Assembly: GCF_006345805.1 (NCBI RefSeq) | Contig: NC_043001.1 | Span: 112,282,001 to 112,346,000 of the forward strand | Reading direction: 5' to 3' | DNA: 64,000 nt | Source of the DNA: Octopus sinensis | Taxonomy: Eukaryota | In this document: one piece after another, positions 25,958-38,084 of the stretch | Layout: each line of letters starts with the position of its first letter | How positions within the stretch are numbered: position 1 is the first letter of the stretch | Translations under genes and position numbers: made by a program | The notes under the pieces: generated by a model | The model's input: only the letters and a program-made list of their open reading frames with translations | Database searches by the model: none | What the model was told of the DNA's origin: nothing

Positions 25958-27206
25958 ACATTTTTTTTTCTATTTTATTATTATTATTACATTTTTTATT
26001 TTCTATTTTTATCCTCCCACCACTCAATTTCATTAAATATTTCATTCTCGCTCTCATTCACCGCATTATATTGAAATTCTTCAAATCTATTTAAACAAAG
26101 TTTTTAAATTTGCCTTTATCTTTAATTCTTTCCCCTCTTACTTTCACTCAACAACATTACATGCCTATTCGAAACCCCTCTGTTTTTTAAATCTCCTTTA
26201 TTTTTCAAAAAAAAAAATCAAAAAAAAATGAAAGAATTCCTTCTTTTCCCCCAAGATCCATTTGAACTATACAGTATTTAATTTAATCTAGCTAACATTT
26301 TCCCCCTCTCTTTACAAATCCAAATGATGTTTTAAAAATCAACACCGTTTGGAAATGAAACTTGATTATTTCACTAAAATTAATGACTTTTTTTTTCTTC
26401 TTTTCAACTTTTCTGCTTTTCAACTTTTCTGCTTTCTCGACTCTTTGACATTTACCACATCTGAACTATTTGTTTCTTTGTCGTTTCTTTAGATCTCTTT
26501 GATGTTTTCATACCCCCCTACACACACACAACAACAATAACAAAACAAACACATACACATGACAATAACACCTTCAATTATTTACAGACCAGAAGACTCC
26601 GTACACAGAGGTATTCAAAATTTCAAAGACGATAGAGCAAATAATATTTCATTGCTTTTTGTCTTAATTTATATCTTGTTATATTTTTCATGTTTATTTT
26701 TCGGACTTTTAATTACATTTTTAATGAGAGCAATAAGTAAACACAGCTAATTGATATGTAGAATATTTCTGATGAAATTTACTAACAGGTCTGTTTTATT
26801 GACAATCTTCGTTGTTATAATTGTTATGATAATCGCTGTTATTCCCATAGAGATTCAGGCTTACTGGTAGACGGATAATCCACGATGCAATCTTCTAATG
26901 CGATGATTTTAATTCTCATTGTCATTATCTATGACAGAGCAGAAATAGAAATAATACTGAAGTGTTATGAAAAAATAATTAAAAACTTTGTTGATCAAAA
27001 CGAATATGCATGTGTGCTTGTCTGTGTTTGTTGTGTGTGTGTGTGTGTACCTACATAGCACTTGTTCAAGGAAAAGTGGAGGGAATCTCTTGACGGCCTG
27101 TTTTATGGTTTGCTGACCGCTCTTCAGTGAAGATGTATGCATCTTCCTTCCAAAACCACACAAATACATATATATAGACACAAAACAATGAACATACATG
27201 CACACA

Positions 27207-27300
<94 letters not shown>

Positions 27301-27578
27301 TATACAGATACATATCATTTTTTGCTGCAGGATTCTAACTACTATGTCCAACTTGTTCTACAAACATGACAACCGTTCAGCCGTTGGATCAATACAATAT
27401 TCCGAAATTCTCTCTCGATTTTAGAAGCTTTGGTCTTAACAGTGAGAATTATGTGTGGTTTTATATCGAAGCGGTTTAGAAGCTTCGAGAAAACATCGAG
27501 TTCAACAGTTAAAACGAAATATTTCACATTCTCTCAAAGTTTCTACATTCTATTGACTTACACTAAACATACATGCAT

Positions 27579-27649
<71 letters not shown>

Positions 27650-27719
27650 CATACATACATATATATATATATATGTATGTATCGTGTATATAAAAATATA
27701 AATAATATATGTGTGTATA

Positions 27720-27850
27720 TATGGGTACAGTAAGTTACCAACAATAAACAACATGAAATACGAAACAAATCAGCTAAAAACGCAAATAACGAGAGAAAAA
27801 AGGACAGGTAATAGAAAGAATGACCCTTCATCAGCTCTCGGCTGTCAATC
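27720..27850. repeat. Foldback-family arm (single)
   Basis: Begins ATATGGGTACAG like 42511 and 47327 and ends CCCTTCATCAG like 47461. Confidence 0.5.
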
Positions 27851-28660
27851 TATTCCATATTTTGAGCAATTCACGACAATATGAGTCTTCGAAGACAATT
27901 GCTTCCATAAGTAGCAAACTAAAATTTTGGATTTATGGGAAGTCAAAGTCCGCGACAATATCAGGACAGTGGAGACATACAGCGAAACCGAACGAAAACG
28001 AACATTGAGGGTCGTTAGTCCTGAACGAGGGGAATAATAGTGAAAGCTAAGAAATATTTTCTTTGAAAAGAATGATAGAAGAGATAGGAAACGTCTAGTC
28101 CTTAGAACGGCCATGCAGGAAAGAAATATGGTCACGTGAGAAAAAGAATGATGGAAGATGGTCACGTATGAGCAACGATAGAGAGAGAGAGAGAGTAAAA
28201 GAGAAAAGGGGATGCAATGAGAAAGAAAGCAAAAACTAAAGACGATCGAACGATGAATATTTAAGTACACATATATAGATATTCATATATTAATACTGAT
28301 AGATCAAAATTACATAGAATACAAAACACAGAAAAAGTATAAAAGTGGAGGAAGGAACGTGTTGTAAGTCCATAATACCTTACTTTCTCCTTTGTAAGTT
28401 TTTCTGTCGTTTGTATGTATGTATGTATGTATGTATGTATGTATGTATGTATGTATGTATGTATGTATGCAGCGTAATTTCTCAAGACTGGTACTTAGGC
28501 AGTGTGTTAGATATCCTGTGTTACATATACACAATTCCCAGTGTATGTATGTAAGTACGTATGCATGTATGTATGTATGTATGTATGTATGTATGTATGT
28601 ATGTATGTATGTATGTATGTATGTATGGATGCATGCATGTATGTATCATTTCATTACATC

Positions 28661-29060
28661 TAGTTTCAGCTCATGAGCTGTGGCCATGCTGGGGCACCGC
28701 TATTCGGTGTTGCTACATGATTTTACTTCACGAATGCCTTTTAGCAATTGACATTTGGTGCATGAGAGAGTTTGATGCAGCTGCCCTCATCTGCACCTCC
28801 TACCGTGAAGTTGGTTCATCTGGGACACCTGACAGGAAGAGGTCCAGCTTTATTTTGAAGACACCTGCATCCACCCCATGCAGGTCTCTCAGGTCTTTTG
28901 GGAGGATATTGAAGAGCTGTGGACCTCTGAAGCCCAGGCTATCGCATTATTTTGTCCTACATATTGATGCCAAATTTGGAGTCCTTGGCACCATGCAGTG
29001 GCGTCTAGTTCTAGTATTTATGTAACTCTCGATGGCATGTATATATCAGGGCGACAAGGC
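28661..29060 (-). mobile_element. CR1-type LINE 3' end (ORF2 C-terminus + 3' UTR stem-loop)
   Basis: Minus strand ..LGFRGPQLFNILPKDLRDLHGVDAGVFKIKLDLFLSGVPDEPTSR*EVQMRAAASNSLMHQ..; UTR GCGGTGCCCCAGCATGGCCACAGCTCATGAGCTGAAAC. Clade assigned from motif resemblance. Confidence 0.8.
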
Positions 29061-29493
29061 GGTGGGCATATATGTGCGTGTAGTTTTACGGGTGGGTATG
29101 CGTGGGTCAACATGACAGTGTGCATATCCATGTGTGTGAACATGCTGGGATAGGATGATATTACAAGTAGACACGATGGCAGATGAGTGTATGTGCGTGT
29201 AAGTGGGAGCTCCGAAGGTGTGGACACAAAAGGGTAGATAAACACCAAATGAAATATCTCACGGAAACTGCAGCTTGTTCCATTTTTTATCGCTCTTTTC
29301 TTGATCTTTCAGGTTTTCTCCCGCATTGTCCACTAAACGAAAACGTACAAGGTCCGAAATGTTATCACCGTTAAATTTTTTCCTTCCATTTAGCGTGAAA
29401 CTTAGAACATTAACTGTCAATTCACCACGTCATTTTCTTCATTTTACAGTATTCTTATATGTATATATACAATCATACTTACATATACATACA

Positions 29494-29527
<34 letters not shown>

Positions 29528-29751
29528 CATACACACACACACACACATACGTACGTCAATGCGTATGGGCATGTTGTATATATATATATATATATATATA
29601 TAACTATATGTATAAGTATGTATGTATGTATGTATGTATGTATATGCGTGTGTTGTGTGTTTGCACGTTTGTGCGCGTAGGTGTGTATATATGAATGTCT
29701 ACATGTATATATGTATAAACGAATAAAAGAATACATACATACAAATATATG

Positions 29752-29783
<32 letters not shown>

Positions 29784-29900
29784 TACATATATAATGTATA
29801 TATACATATATAAATATATATATGTGTGTATATATATATATATATAATATATATAATATATATATACACGTACACACACATATATATATATATATATATA

Positions 29901-29931
<31 letters not shown>

Positions 29932-30832
29932 CACGTATAACGGACATACGCACAAATAACATTCGTGCGTGCATATACGGACATAAAAACACGTTATTGT
30001 TCATGTAGAGATGGGCAGTTAATAGGTACAATTGTCTGAATTGAAAGGGTATGTATAAGGGCAACATACAAATAGAAAATGCAACAACAAATAAAGAAAA
30101 CAAGAAGCACATCACTACCACTTCAAGAATATACAAACGGGGCTGTATACACTAAAACATAAATATATATAAATAATATATATATATATATATATATATG
30201 ATGTCTAATACGAAACCATTGGTACGAGAAAAAAAGGTCCTATTCTTTTTATTTTATAATCTACAGTAACTATTTTTTTCTTTTGTACAAATATAATTCT
30301 CTAAACGTTCCATTGTTCTGTTTTGTATGAAGGGAATTATGCAGAAAATTGTCCTTTTTTTCTAAACTATTTGTCTGTGCCTAAATATATGCACATTTCA
30401 TCTGTCTACCCTTACATTTTAATGTTCGTTATATTGTTTTATTTATTTTTTTTTGTTTTTGTCAGTCTCTTTATATTCATTGTGTATGCGTTATATAATT
30501 TTATATGCACTGGCACAAGAATAAGTATTCACTCAAACATTCATGTGTGTACATGGATGTGTATATATAATTTATATATATAATATATATATATACAGTA
30601 TATATGTATGGTTTTCTGTATGCATATGGATACACACACACACACACACACACACACACCACCACCATATATATATATATACGTTTCTATATAGGAATGT
30701 CTTTATGTACATCTGCATAAATGTATATATGGCTGTACACACAATATAAATAAATGGGTATTTATGCTTCAATACATTTTCTGTTTAGAAATTCTTGTAT
30801 TTCGAAGTTTATATATGTATGTATGTATGTAT

Positions 30833-30914
<82 letters not shown>

Positions 30915-31083
30915 ATATACATACATACATACACATATATATATATATATATATATGCGCATTACTTCACACTGTCACACGCATAAATATATATATATAC
31001 ACAATATATATATGCACCTATTATATATATATATAATATATATAAGTATGTATGCACTTATGTTATTATGTATATATATATAT

Positions 31084-31127
<44 letters not shown>

Positions 31128-31557
31128 TATGTGTGTGTGTTTATCTATAAATTATATATATATACAAACGCGCGCAAGAATTATATTTCAGTGCATGTGC
31201 TTATTTTGTAGTATTTTATGATGACAGTTATGAGTACTTTCTGATATTCTGGTATGTATGTATTGTATATACTATACTTATATACATACATATATGCATA
31301 CATGCATACATGCATATATATATATGCATGCATACTTATATATATTGATATATATATACACATATATATATATATATACATGTATGTATATGTATATATA
31401 AATATATATATATAAACACATACATAAACACATGCACATATACACACACACCTCACACACACTATCTTTCGAAAGCCAATGTTCAAATATTCAAAGTTTT
31501 ACAAGATGGCAAACAAAGGCACATAATACTGGAGATGCCGTTCGTATGAGTTGGTGC

Positions 31558-31563
31558 TTTATT
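31558..31563 (-). promoter_or_regulatory. Candidate polyadenylation signal for the 31890-32083 exon
   Basis: AATAAA on the minus strand ~330 nt after the stop codon. Confidence 0.25.
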
Positions 31564-31889
31564 CCTCAATAGTACTTCTTAAATGAACCTGCTTTCTACA
31601 TCAGTCTGGCGTTCGTCACTCACAACCAATCAATAACGATTCTCTTAACAACTAATGCTAAACCAACCACGACCGAACCTAACCAACCGACCGTGCAGTT
31701 CATTCACCAGTGAACTGGTTAAGAAAGACAAAAACAACCACAACAACAGCAACAACAAGCACTTAAATAACTGCAAGAAGAATAACAACAACAGGAACCT
31801 TCTATATAATGCTTCAAGTAGCCCCACCATCCGAAAAAATAATGCAAATATATACACACCCTCGTCCGCGTGTGCATGTACGCAGACAT

Positions 31890-32083
31890 TTAATACGTAG
31901 TGGTCAATAATAGATAGAGGCAGCAACACAAGAACCCAAACACCATCAACGGTGCGGCCGCCATCTTATCACCACCACCACCACCGCCATCACCACCACT
32001 ACCGCAGCCGCCGCTACCACTGCCGCTGCCGCCGTCAACGACGCGCACATAAACTTCTGCTTCCTTGAACTTCGCTTCATTTC
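31890..32083 (-). CDS. Candidate terminal exon of a GPI-anchored or C-terminally anchored surface protein (GNEAKFKEAEVYVRVVDGGSGSGSGGCGSGGDGGGGGGDKMAAAPLMVFGFLCCCLYLLLTTTY*)
   Basis: GC/CpG-rich unique island; open frame with beta-strand-like segment, Gly/Ser linker, hydrophobic tail and stop; phase-1 acceptor CATCATAG is weak. Confidence 0.45.
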
Positions 32084-32373
32084 CTATGATGGTATAATGT
32101 GTTCTTGATTGGTCAACAGGAACCGTTTAGCGGTTTGCGTTTACATAAAAAAAAAATAATAATAATAATAACGAAAACGACGATCACACAACAATAACAA
32201 CAACAATCACGACAGCTGGAACAATAACAACCACACGACAACAACAACAAGAACAGTAATATTCACATGCTAAAGGATTACTAATGAAAAGGAAAGAACA
32301 GTATTTAGGTTTCCCTCACGACTTTCTCCTCCCTTTTCTCATATATGTATGTATCTATGTATGTATGCATGCA

Positions 32374-32413
<40 letters not shown>

Positions 32414-32423
32414 CATGCATATA

Positions 32424-32471
<48 letters not shown>

Positions 32472-32494
32472 CATATATACATATAAATAGACAT

Positions 32495-32543
<49 letters not shown>

Positions 32544-32718
32544 GACATATACATACACACACCCACACGCATATATATATACATATATATACATACATAT
32601 ATATATATATATAAACCTATAAATTTATGTATATATGTATATGTATATGCATGTACGTACGTTCATTATGTATGTACCTTTCTTAATATATATATATATA
32701 TATGTATATATATATGTG

Positions 32719-32753
<35 letters not shown>

Positions 32754-33406
32754 GTGTGTATATATATATATATCCATACATGTATATGTATGTACGTCAA
32801 TTGATAGAAACATATCTATCCATCTATCTATCTATACATACATACATACATACATACATACATACATAAATACACACACACACACACACATATATATATG
32901 ATGGGGGTGTATACAGAGTTACGAAAGGTTGCTGAGGTGTTTGGAGTTTAAAAGTTTGGATGTTTGTTGCTTCGCTGAATTTTCGCAGGTTTCATCGTGT
33001 TGTATAAATATCGAAATTATGTTAAAAACGTACGAAATTAGTGATACAACTTGGTAAATTAAGCGGAGTTTTAAACAAAGAGACTAATACAACGGCAGGA
33101 CGCTGTGCCTTGATGTGTGTGTTTTGTGTGTGAGTGTTATGCATACTGTGTGTGCGCGCGCGCTATTTTGTGTGTGTGTACGTATGTGTGTATGTGTGTG
33201 TGTGTGTGTGTGAGTGTGTGTGTATGTGTGAAAGAGAGAGGATTGGGTAGTAAAGAGAAATGAATGGGAGAAATCATATGATGAAAAGAACAACCAGGCA
33301 AGTTATAAAGGCATGATCAAAGTCTCCAAAAAGAAAAGATGCATGCGCGCGCGCGTGTACGTTGATGTATAAATATCAATATATGCAATATATATATATA
33401 TATATC

Positions 33407-33457
<51 letters not shown>

Positions 33458-33553
33458 TATTTTATATATATACATTTATATGTATATCCGTATGTATATC
33501 CATGCATATATATACATATATGTATGTACATTTTACATTTTATTTATTTTGTG

Positions 33554-33618
<65 letters not shown>

Positions 33619-33855
33619 CAAGTACATCTATATATATATATATATATGTATATCCGTATGTATATCCATGATTATATATACATATATGTATGTACATTTT
33701 ACATTTTTATTTATTTTGTGTGTGTGTGTGTGTATATATATATATGTGTGTGTGTGTGTGGTTCATATATGTATATGTTAGTACATACATGTATATGTGT
33801 GTATATATTTGTGGTATGTGTATACATGCAATGGTATATATATATATTTCCACAG

Positions 33856-34000
33856 GTTTTCACCATTTTGCTGTGGACGTTAGAAAAACGAAAACCGACG
33901 GAGCTATTTGTATGGCGGCAACAAACGTAAACAAAGAATGCTTTGTTGAAAAGAGCAAAGCAAAAGACGTCATAGAATTAGGAGAGGAGAACTGGGAGAG
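33856..34000 (+). CDS. Candidate exon, unknown product (GFHHFAVDVRKTKTDGAICMAATNVNKECFVEKSKAKDVIELGEENWE..)
   Basis: Acceptor TTTCCACAG, donor GAG|GTGAGA, one frame open throughout, ATG at 33912 with G at +4. Confidence 0.4.
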
Positions 34001-34333
34001 GTGAGAGGTGGTGTTATTTATATATCGCCAGTTATTTAACTGTTGACAGATTTCGGAATTTCGTCTTTCAATTTGCTTAATTGCCCAGGTAATGTACACA
34101 CGAGGACACACGAACTAATCAACTAGTTTCTCATGGATGCTTTACTCACTCACCTATGTGGAATGAACCACGCACAGGGAATAACGAACAGATATTTATG
34201 TATACATGTACACACACACGCACACATGTATATATACATACATATATATCTGTATACTTATATATACATATTTATATCTTTATATATACGTATATACACC
34301 TATATATACATGTACACACACATACATGTTTAT

Positions 34334-34372
<39 letters not shown>

Positions 34373-34462
34373 CATACCTATATATCTGTATACTTATATA
34401 TATATTTATATTTATAGGTATACATACGTATATACACCTATATATATATACAATCATGCTGT

Positions 34463-34510
<48 letters not shown>

Positions 34511-34972
34511 TTGTTTGTGTGTGTGTGTGGGCATACTGTACATACATGGATGTTTAATAGCACGTTTGTTTGTATAAAAACAACAGTTGACATAAAACAA
34601 CAGTTTAGCGGGGATGTGATAGCATTTTAAGCGTTAATGTCGATATTCGCTTTTTTTTGTTTTGTTTCCTGATATAGAAGTTTTGAAAATTATATTTAGC
34701 GTAAATAATTGTTATCACTCTTGATAAATCTTGAAATTTATGAAGATACAAACATAAGGAAAAAAATAACCCATTCAGCTTTGATCATAATTCCATTAAT
34801 AATTGTGTTAAATTTATTATCCTTCCTAAAATAACACCATTTCGTATTCATTTTTGTGATTTGGATAATTATTCGTGAAAAATATATTCTAATTGCATAT
34901 ATTTAAAGTCAGTATTCGGTTGATGAACAATATTTGTTGTTGTTGTTTTTAGATTTAGAGGCAAGTGTCTAT

Positions 34973-35790
34973 AGGCGCAGGCATAGCTGTGTGGTAAGAA
35001 GTTTGCTTCCCAACTATATAGTTTCAGGTTCAGTCCCATTGCGTGGCATCTTAGGCAAGTGTCTTCCGTTAAAGTTTTGTTATTTTTTATTGCCCACAAG
35101 GGGCTAAACATAGAGGGGACAAACAAGGACAGACAAAGGGATTAAGTCAATTACATCGACCCCAGTGCTTAACTGGTACTTAATTTATCGACCCCGAATG
35201 GATGAAAAGCAAAGACGACCTCGCCGGAATTTGAACTCAGAACGTAGCGCCAGACGAAATACCTATTCCTTTACTACCCACAAAGGGCTAAACACAGAGG
35301 GGAAAATAAGGACAGATAAACGGATTAAGTCGATTACATCGCCCCAGTGCGTAACTGGTACTTAATTTATCGACCCCGAAAGGATGAAATGCAAAGTCGA
35401 CCTCGGCGGAATTTGAACTTAGAACGTAACGGCAGACGAAATACGGCTATGCATTTCGCCCGGCGTGCTAACGTTTCTGCCAGCTCACCGCCTGTTACGG
35501 TTTTGTGTCGACTAAAACCTTGTGAGTGAAGTTGGCAGACGGAAACTGAAAGAAGCTTGTCGCGTAAACATGTGTATGAGTGTGCGCGCACACGCATATC
35601 CCGCGACACCGTCTGACAATCGGTTTTGGTTTGTTTACGTCCCCGTAACTTAGCAGTTCGACAAAAGAGACCAAGAGAATAGGTACCAAGTTTTAAAAAG
35701 AAAGTGTTGCTGTCGATTCACTCAACTAAAACTTCTTCAAGACGGTGCCCCCAGTATGGCCGCAGTCCAATGATTAAAACAAATAAAAGA
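34973..35790 (+). mobile_element. SINE family A (diverged) split by an inserted SINE B concatemer
   Basis: A head 34973-35066 and A 3' half 35505-35790 flank a minus-strand B multimer. Confidence 0.8.
35075..35485 (-). mobile_element. SINE family B concatemer (head + 2 units)
   Basis: Two ~185 bp units plus head CGTGCTAACGTTTCTGCCAGCTCACCGCC. Confidence 0.9.
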
Positions 35791-35805
35791 AAATAAAAGA
35801 AATAG

Positions 35806-36211
35806 CTTTTACTCTTTTACTTGTTTCAGTCATTTGACTGCGGCCATGCTGGAGCACCGCCTTTAGTCGAGCAAATCGACCCCAGGACTTATTCTTTGTA
35901 AGCCTAGTACTTATTCTATCGGTGTCTTTTGCCGAACCGCTTAGCTACGTGGACGCAAACACACCACCATCGGTTGTTAAGCGATATTGTGGTGGGGTGG
36001 GGAGACAAATACAGACAAACAAACACACACACATATATATATATACATATACATATATAAGACGGGTTTCTTTCAGTTTCGGTCAACCAAATCCTCTCAC
36101 AAAGCTTTGGTCGGCTCGAGGCTGTAGTAGAAGACACTTGCCCAAGGTGCCACGCAGTGGGAATGAACCCGGAACAATGTGGTTGGTAAGCAAGCTCCTT
36201 ACCACACAGCC
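35806..36211 (-). mobile_element. SINE family A, near full length
   Basis: Tail TTTTACTCTTTTACTTGTTTCAGTCATTTGACTG, head CTTACCACACAGCC. Confidence 0.9.
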
Positions 36212-36815
36212 TCAGAAAGGTGTATGAAAAGGGCTATTTTTCAGTGCTCTGAGCGACGAAAGAAAAAGGTGCCTGGTTTAGTCATAATAATGAAACTATG
36301 ATACGAGATCTATTAGAAGCGAATTTAGTCCAAAGTAATTTTGAAAAGAAATAAATATAATGAAATAAAAATAAAAGTTCCTCAAATTGTTTAAATACCA
36401 TAGCATTGCAAACAAAACAGCTTGTAGCACGGATAAGTGATTCTCTTGTATTGAAGCTGTTTTTAATAAAGAGTACAGATCATGTTAGTCATCCATTATT
36501 ACTGAACTTAATGTGTGCAATTAACACTGGTTATATTCAGCGCAGTACCAAAGTTGTGAAAAGCAATAATATTAATAACAATAATAAGAAGGACAATAAA
36601 ATAATGATGATGATGATGATGATAATAATAATAATGATGATAATAATAATAATAAGCGATTGTGATAATAATAATGATAATAATAACAATCGATTCTGAG
36701 TGCCTGGCTATTCAACCACAGGTTGAATTGAGCTTTCCTTAGTGAGTTGTGATTCCCTGATCTAAAACAAATCCTTATGCAGGTGCAGGCGTAGCTGTGT
36801 GTTTCCCAACCACAT

Positions 36816-36913
36816 GGTGTACCCTTATCAGACGGGTGGTCATGATGGGTATTACTGGGCTTCGTATATTTTACTCCTGTGTCACTTTGATGGCATACAG
36901 TGCTCTCTCACTC
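36816..36913 (+). mobile_element. ~530 bp (AAT)n-tailed element, strongly 5'-truncated copy 4
   Basis: GGTGTACCCTTATCAGACGGG..TGCTCTCTCACTC followed by (AAT)n. Confidence 0.85.
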
Positions 36914-36914
36914 A

Positions 36915-36999
<85 letters not shown>

Positions 37000-37020
37000 C
37001 GATGATGATGATGATGATGA

Positions 37021-37803
37021 ATGGAGACTAGTGGATATAAATACCTGGGGATTTTGGAATACAAAATCAAGGGAACTAAAGTGAAGGAAAGCTTTAGGCG
37101 AGAATATCTCAAAAGAACAAAATTAATTATGGGAAGTAGGCTCAATGGGGGAAAAAAAAACAAGATCAGAGCAATGAACACATCGGCTGCTTCCTTAATG
37201 CGATATCGCACAGGTGTTGTTAGGTGGACAAAGAACGAGCTTGAGGAAGTGGACAGGTAAACCACAAAAAGTTATGACGATCAACAAGGAACTACACCCC
37301 AAAAGCAGTACTGACAGACTGTGTGTGCTTAGGAAGGGAGCAGGAAGCGGCCTTATAGGAAGCAACATCTTTGTTGTCAACGAGAAGAACAGTGGGAGAT
37401 GATACATCAAACAGCAGAGTCGATCCTTGCTTGCTGCTGTTAAAATTACCAATAAAGTACCTACCGAAAATGTGATACACTCTCAGGCATTTAAGAAATA
37501 AGATGAAAAAAGAGTGAACAATTAGAAACTGAAATCACTGCATTGGCAATACCTGAGATAAATCGAAGGAAAAGACAAGATCAACACATGGAGATGGCTA
37601 AGAAAAAGTGATCTGAAAGGATGTGCTGAGGCATTGATATGCAGCGCTCAAGAACAAGATCTAAGAACTAATTACACCAAGTTTCAAATAGATAAGAGTA
37701 GCTAATCGCGCCTTTGTAGGATGTGTGACAGTAGAAACGAAACAATTTCACATATTGTGAGTGTAGCAAGCTGGCTCAAAATCATTAGAAAAGGAGGCAC
37801 GAT
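37021..37803 (+). pseudogene. R4/Dong-type LINE fragment (RT C-terminus to CCHC finger)
   Basis: GYKYLGI..RLNGG..KIRAMNT..RYRTGVVRWTKNELEEVDR..LHPKSSTDRL..KSLHWQY..ALICSAQEQDLRTNY..LCRMCDSRNETISHIV..RRHD, with stops. Confidence 0.9.
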
Positions 37804-37806
37804 AAA

Positions 37807-38075
37807 GGTGGCGAGCTGGCAGACACGTTAGCGCGCAGGGCGAAATGCGTAGCCGTATTTCGTCTGCGTTACGTTGTGAGTTCAAATTCCGCCGAGGTCG
37901 ACTTTGCCTTTCATCCTTTCGGGGGTCGATAAATTAAGTACCAGTTACGAACTGGGGTCGATGTAATCGACTTAATACCCATGTCTGTCCTTGTTTGTTC
38001 CCTCTGTGTTTAGCCCCTTGTGGGTAGTAAAGAAATAGGTATTTCGTCTGTCTTTTTGTTCTGAGTTCAAATTTA
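37807..38075 (+). mobile_element. SINE family B (head + unit + start of a second unit)
   Basis: GGTGGCGAGCTGGCAGACACGTTAGC..AGAAATAGGTATTTCGTCTG..TGAGTTCAAAT. Confidence 0.9.
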
Positions 38076-38084
38076 AAGAAATAG

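Noticed and set aside
26772-26870. sORF MKFTNRSVLLTIFVVIIVMIIAVIPIEIQAYW* resembling a signal peptide, with a TAG that A-to-I editing could recode; another frame gives LRCYNC
   Set aside because: Both readings arise from degenerate ATT/GTT triplets; there is no good donor and no mature peptide of convincing length.
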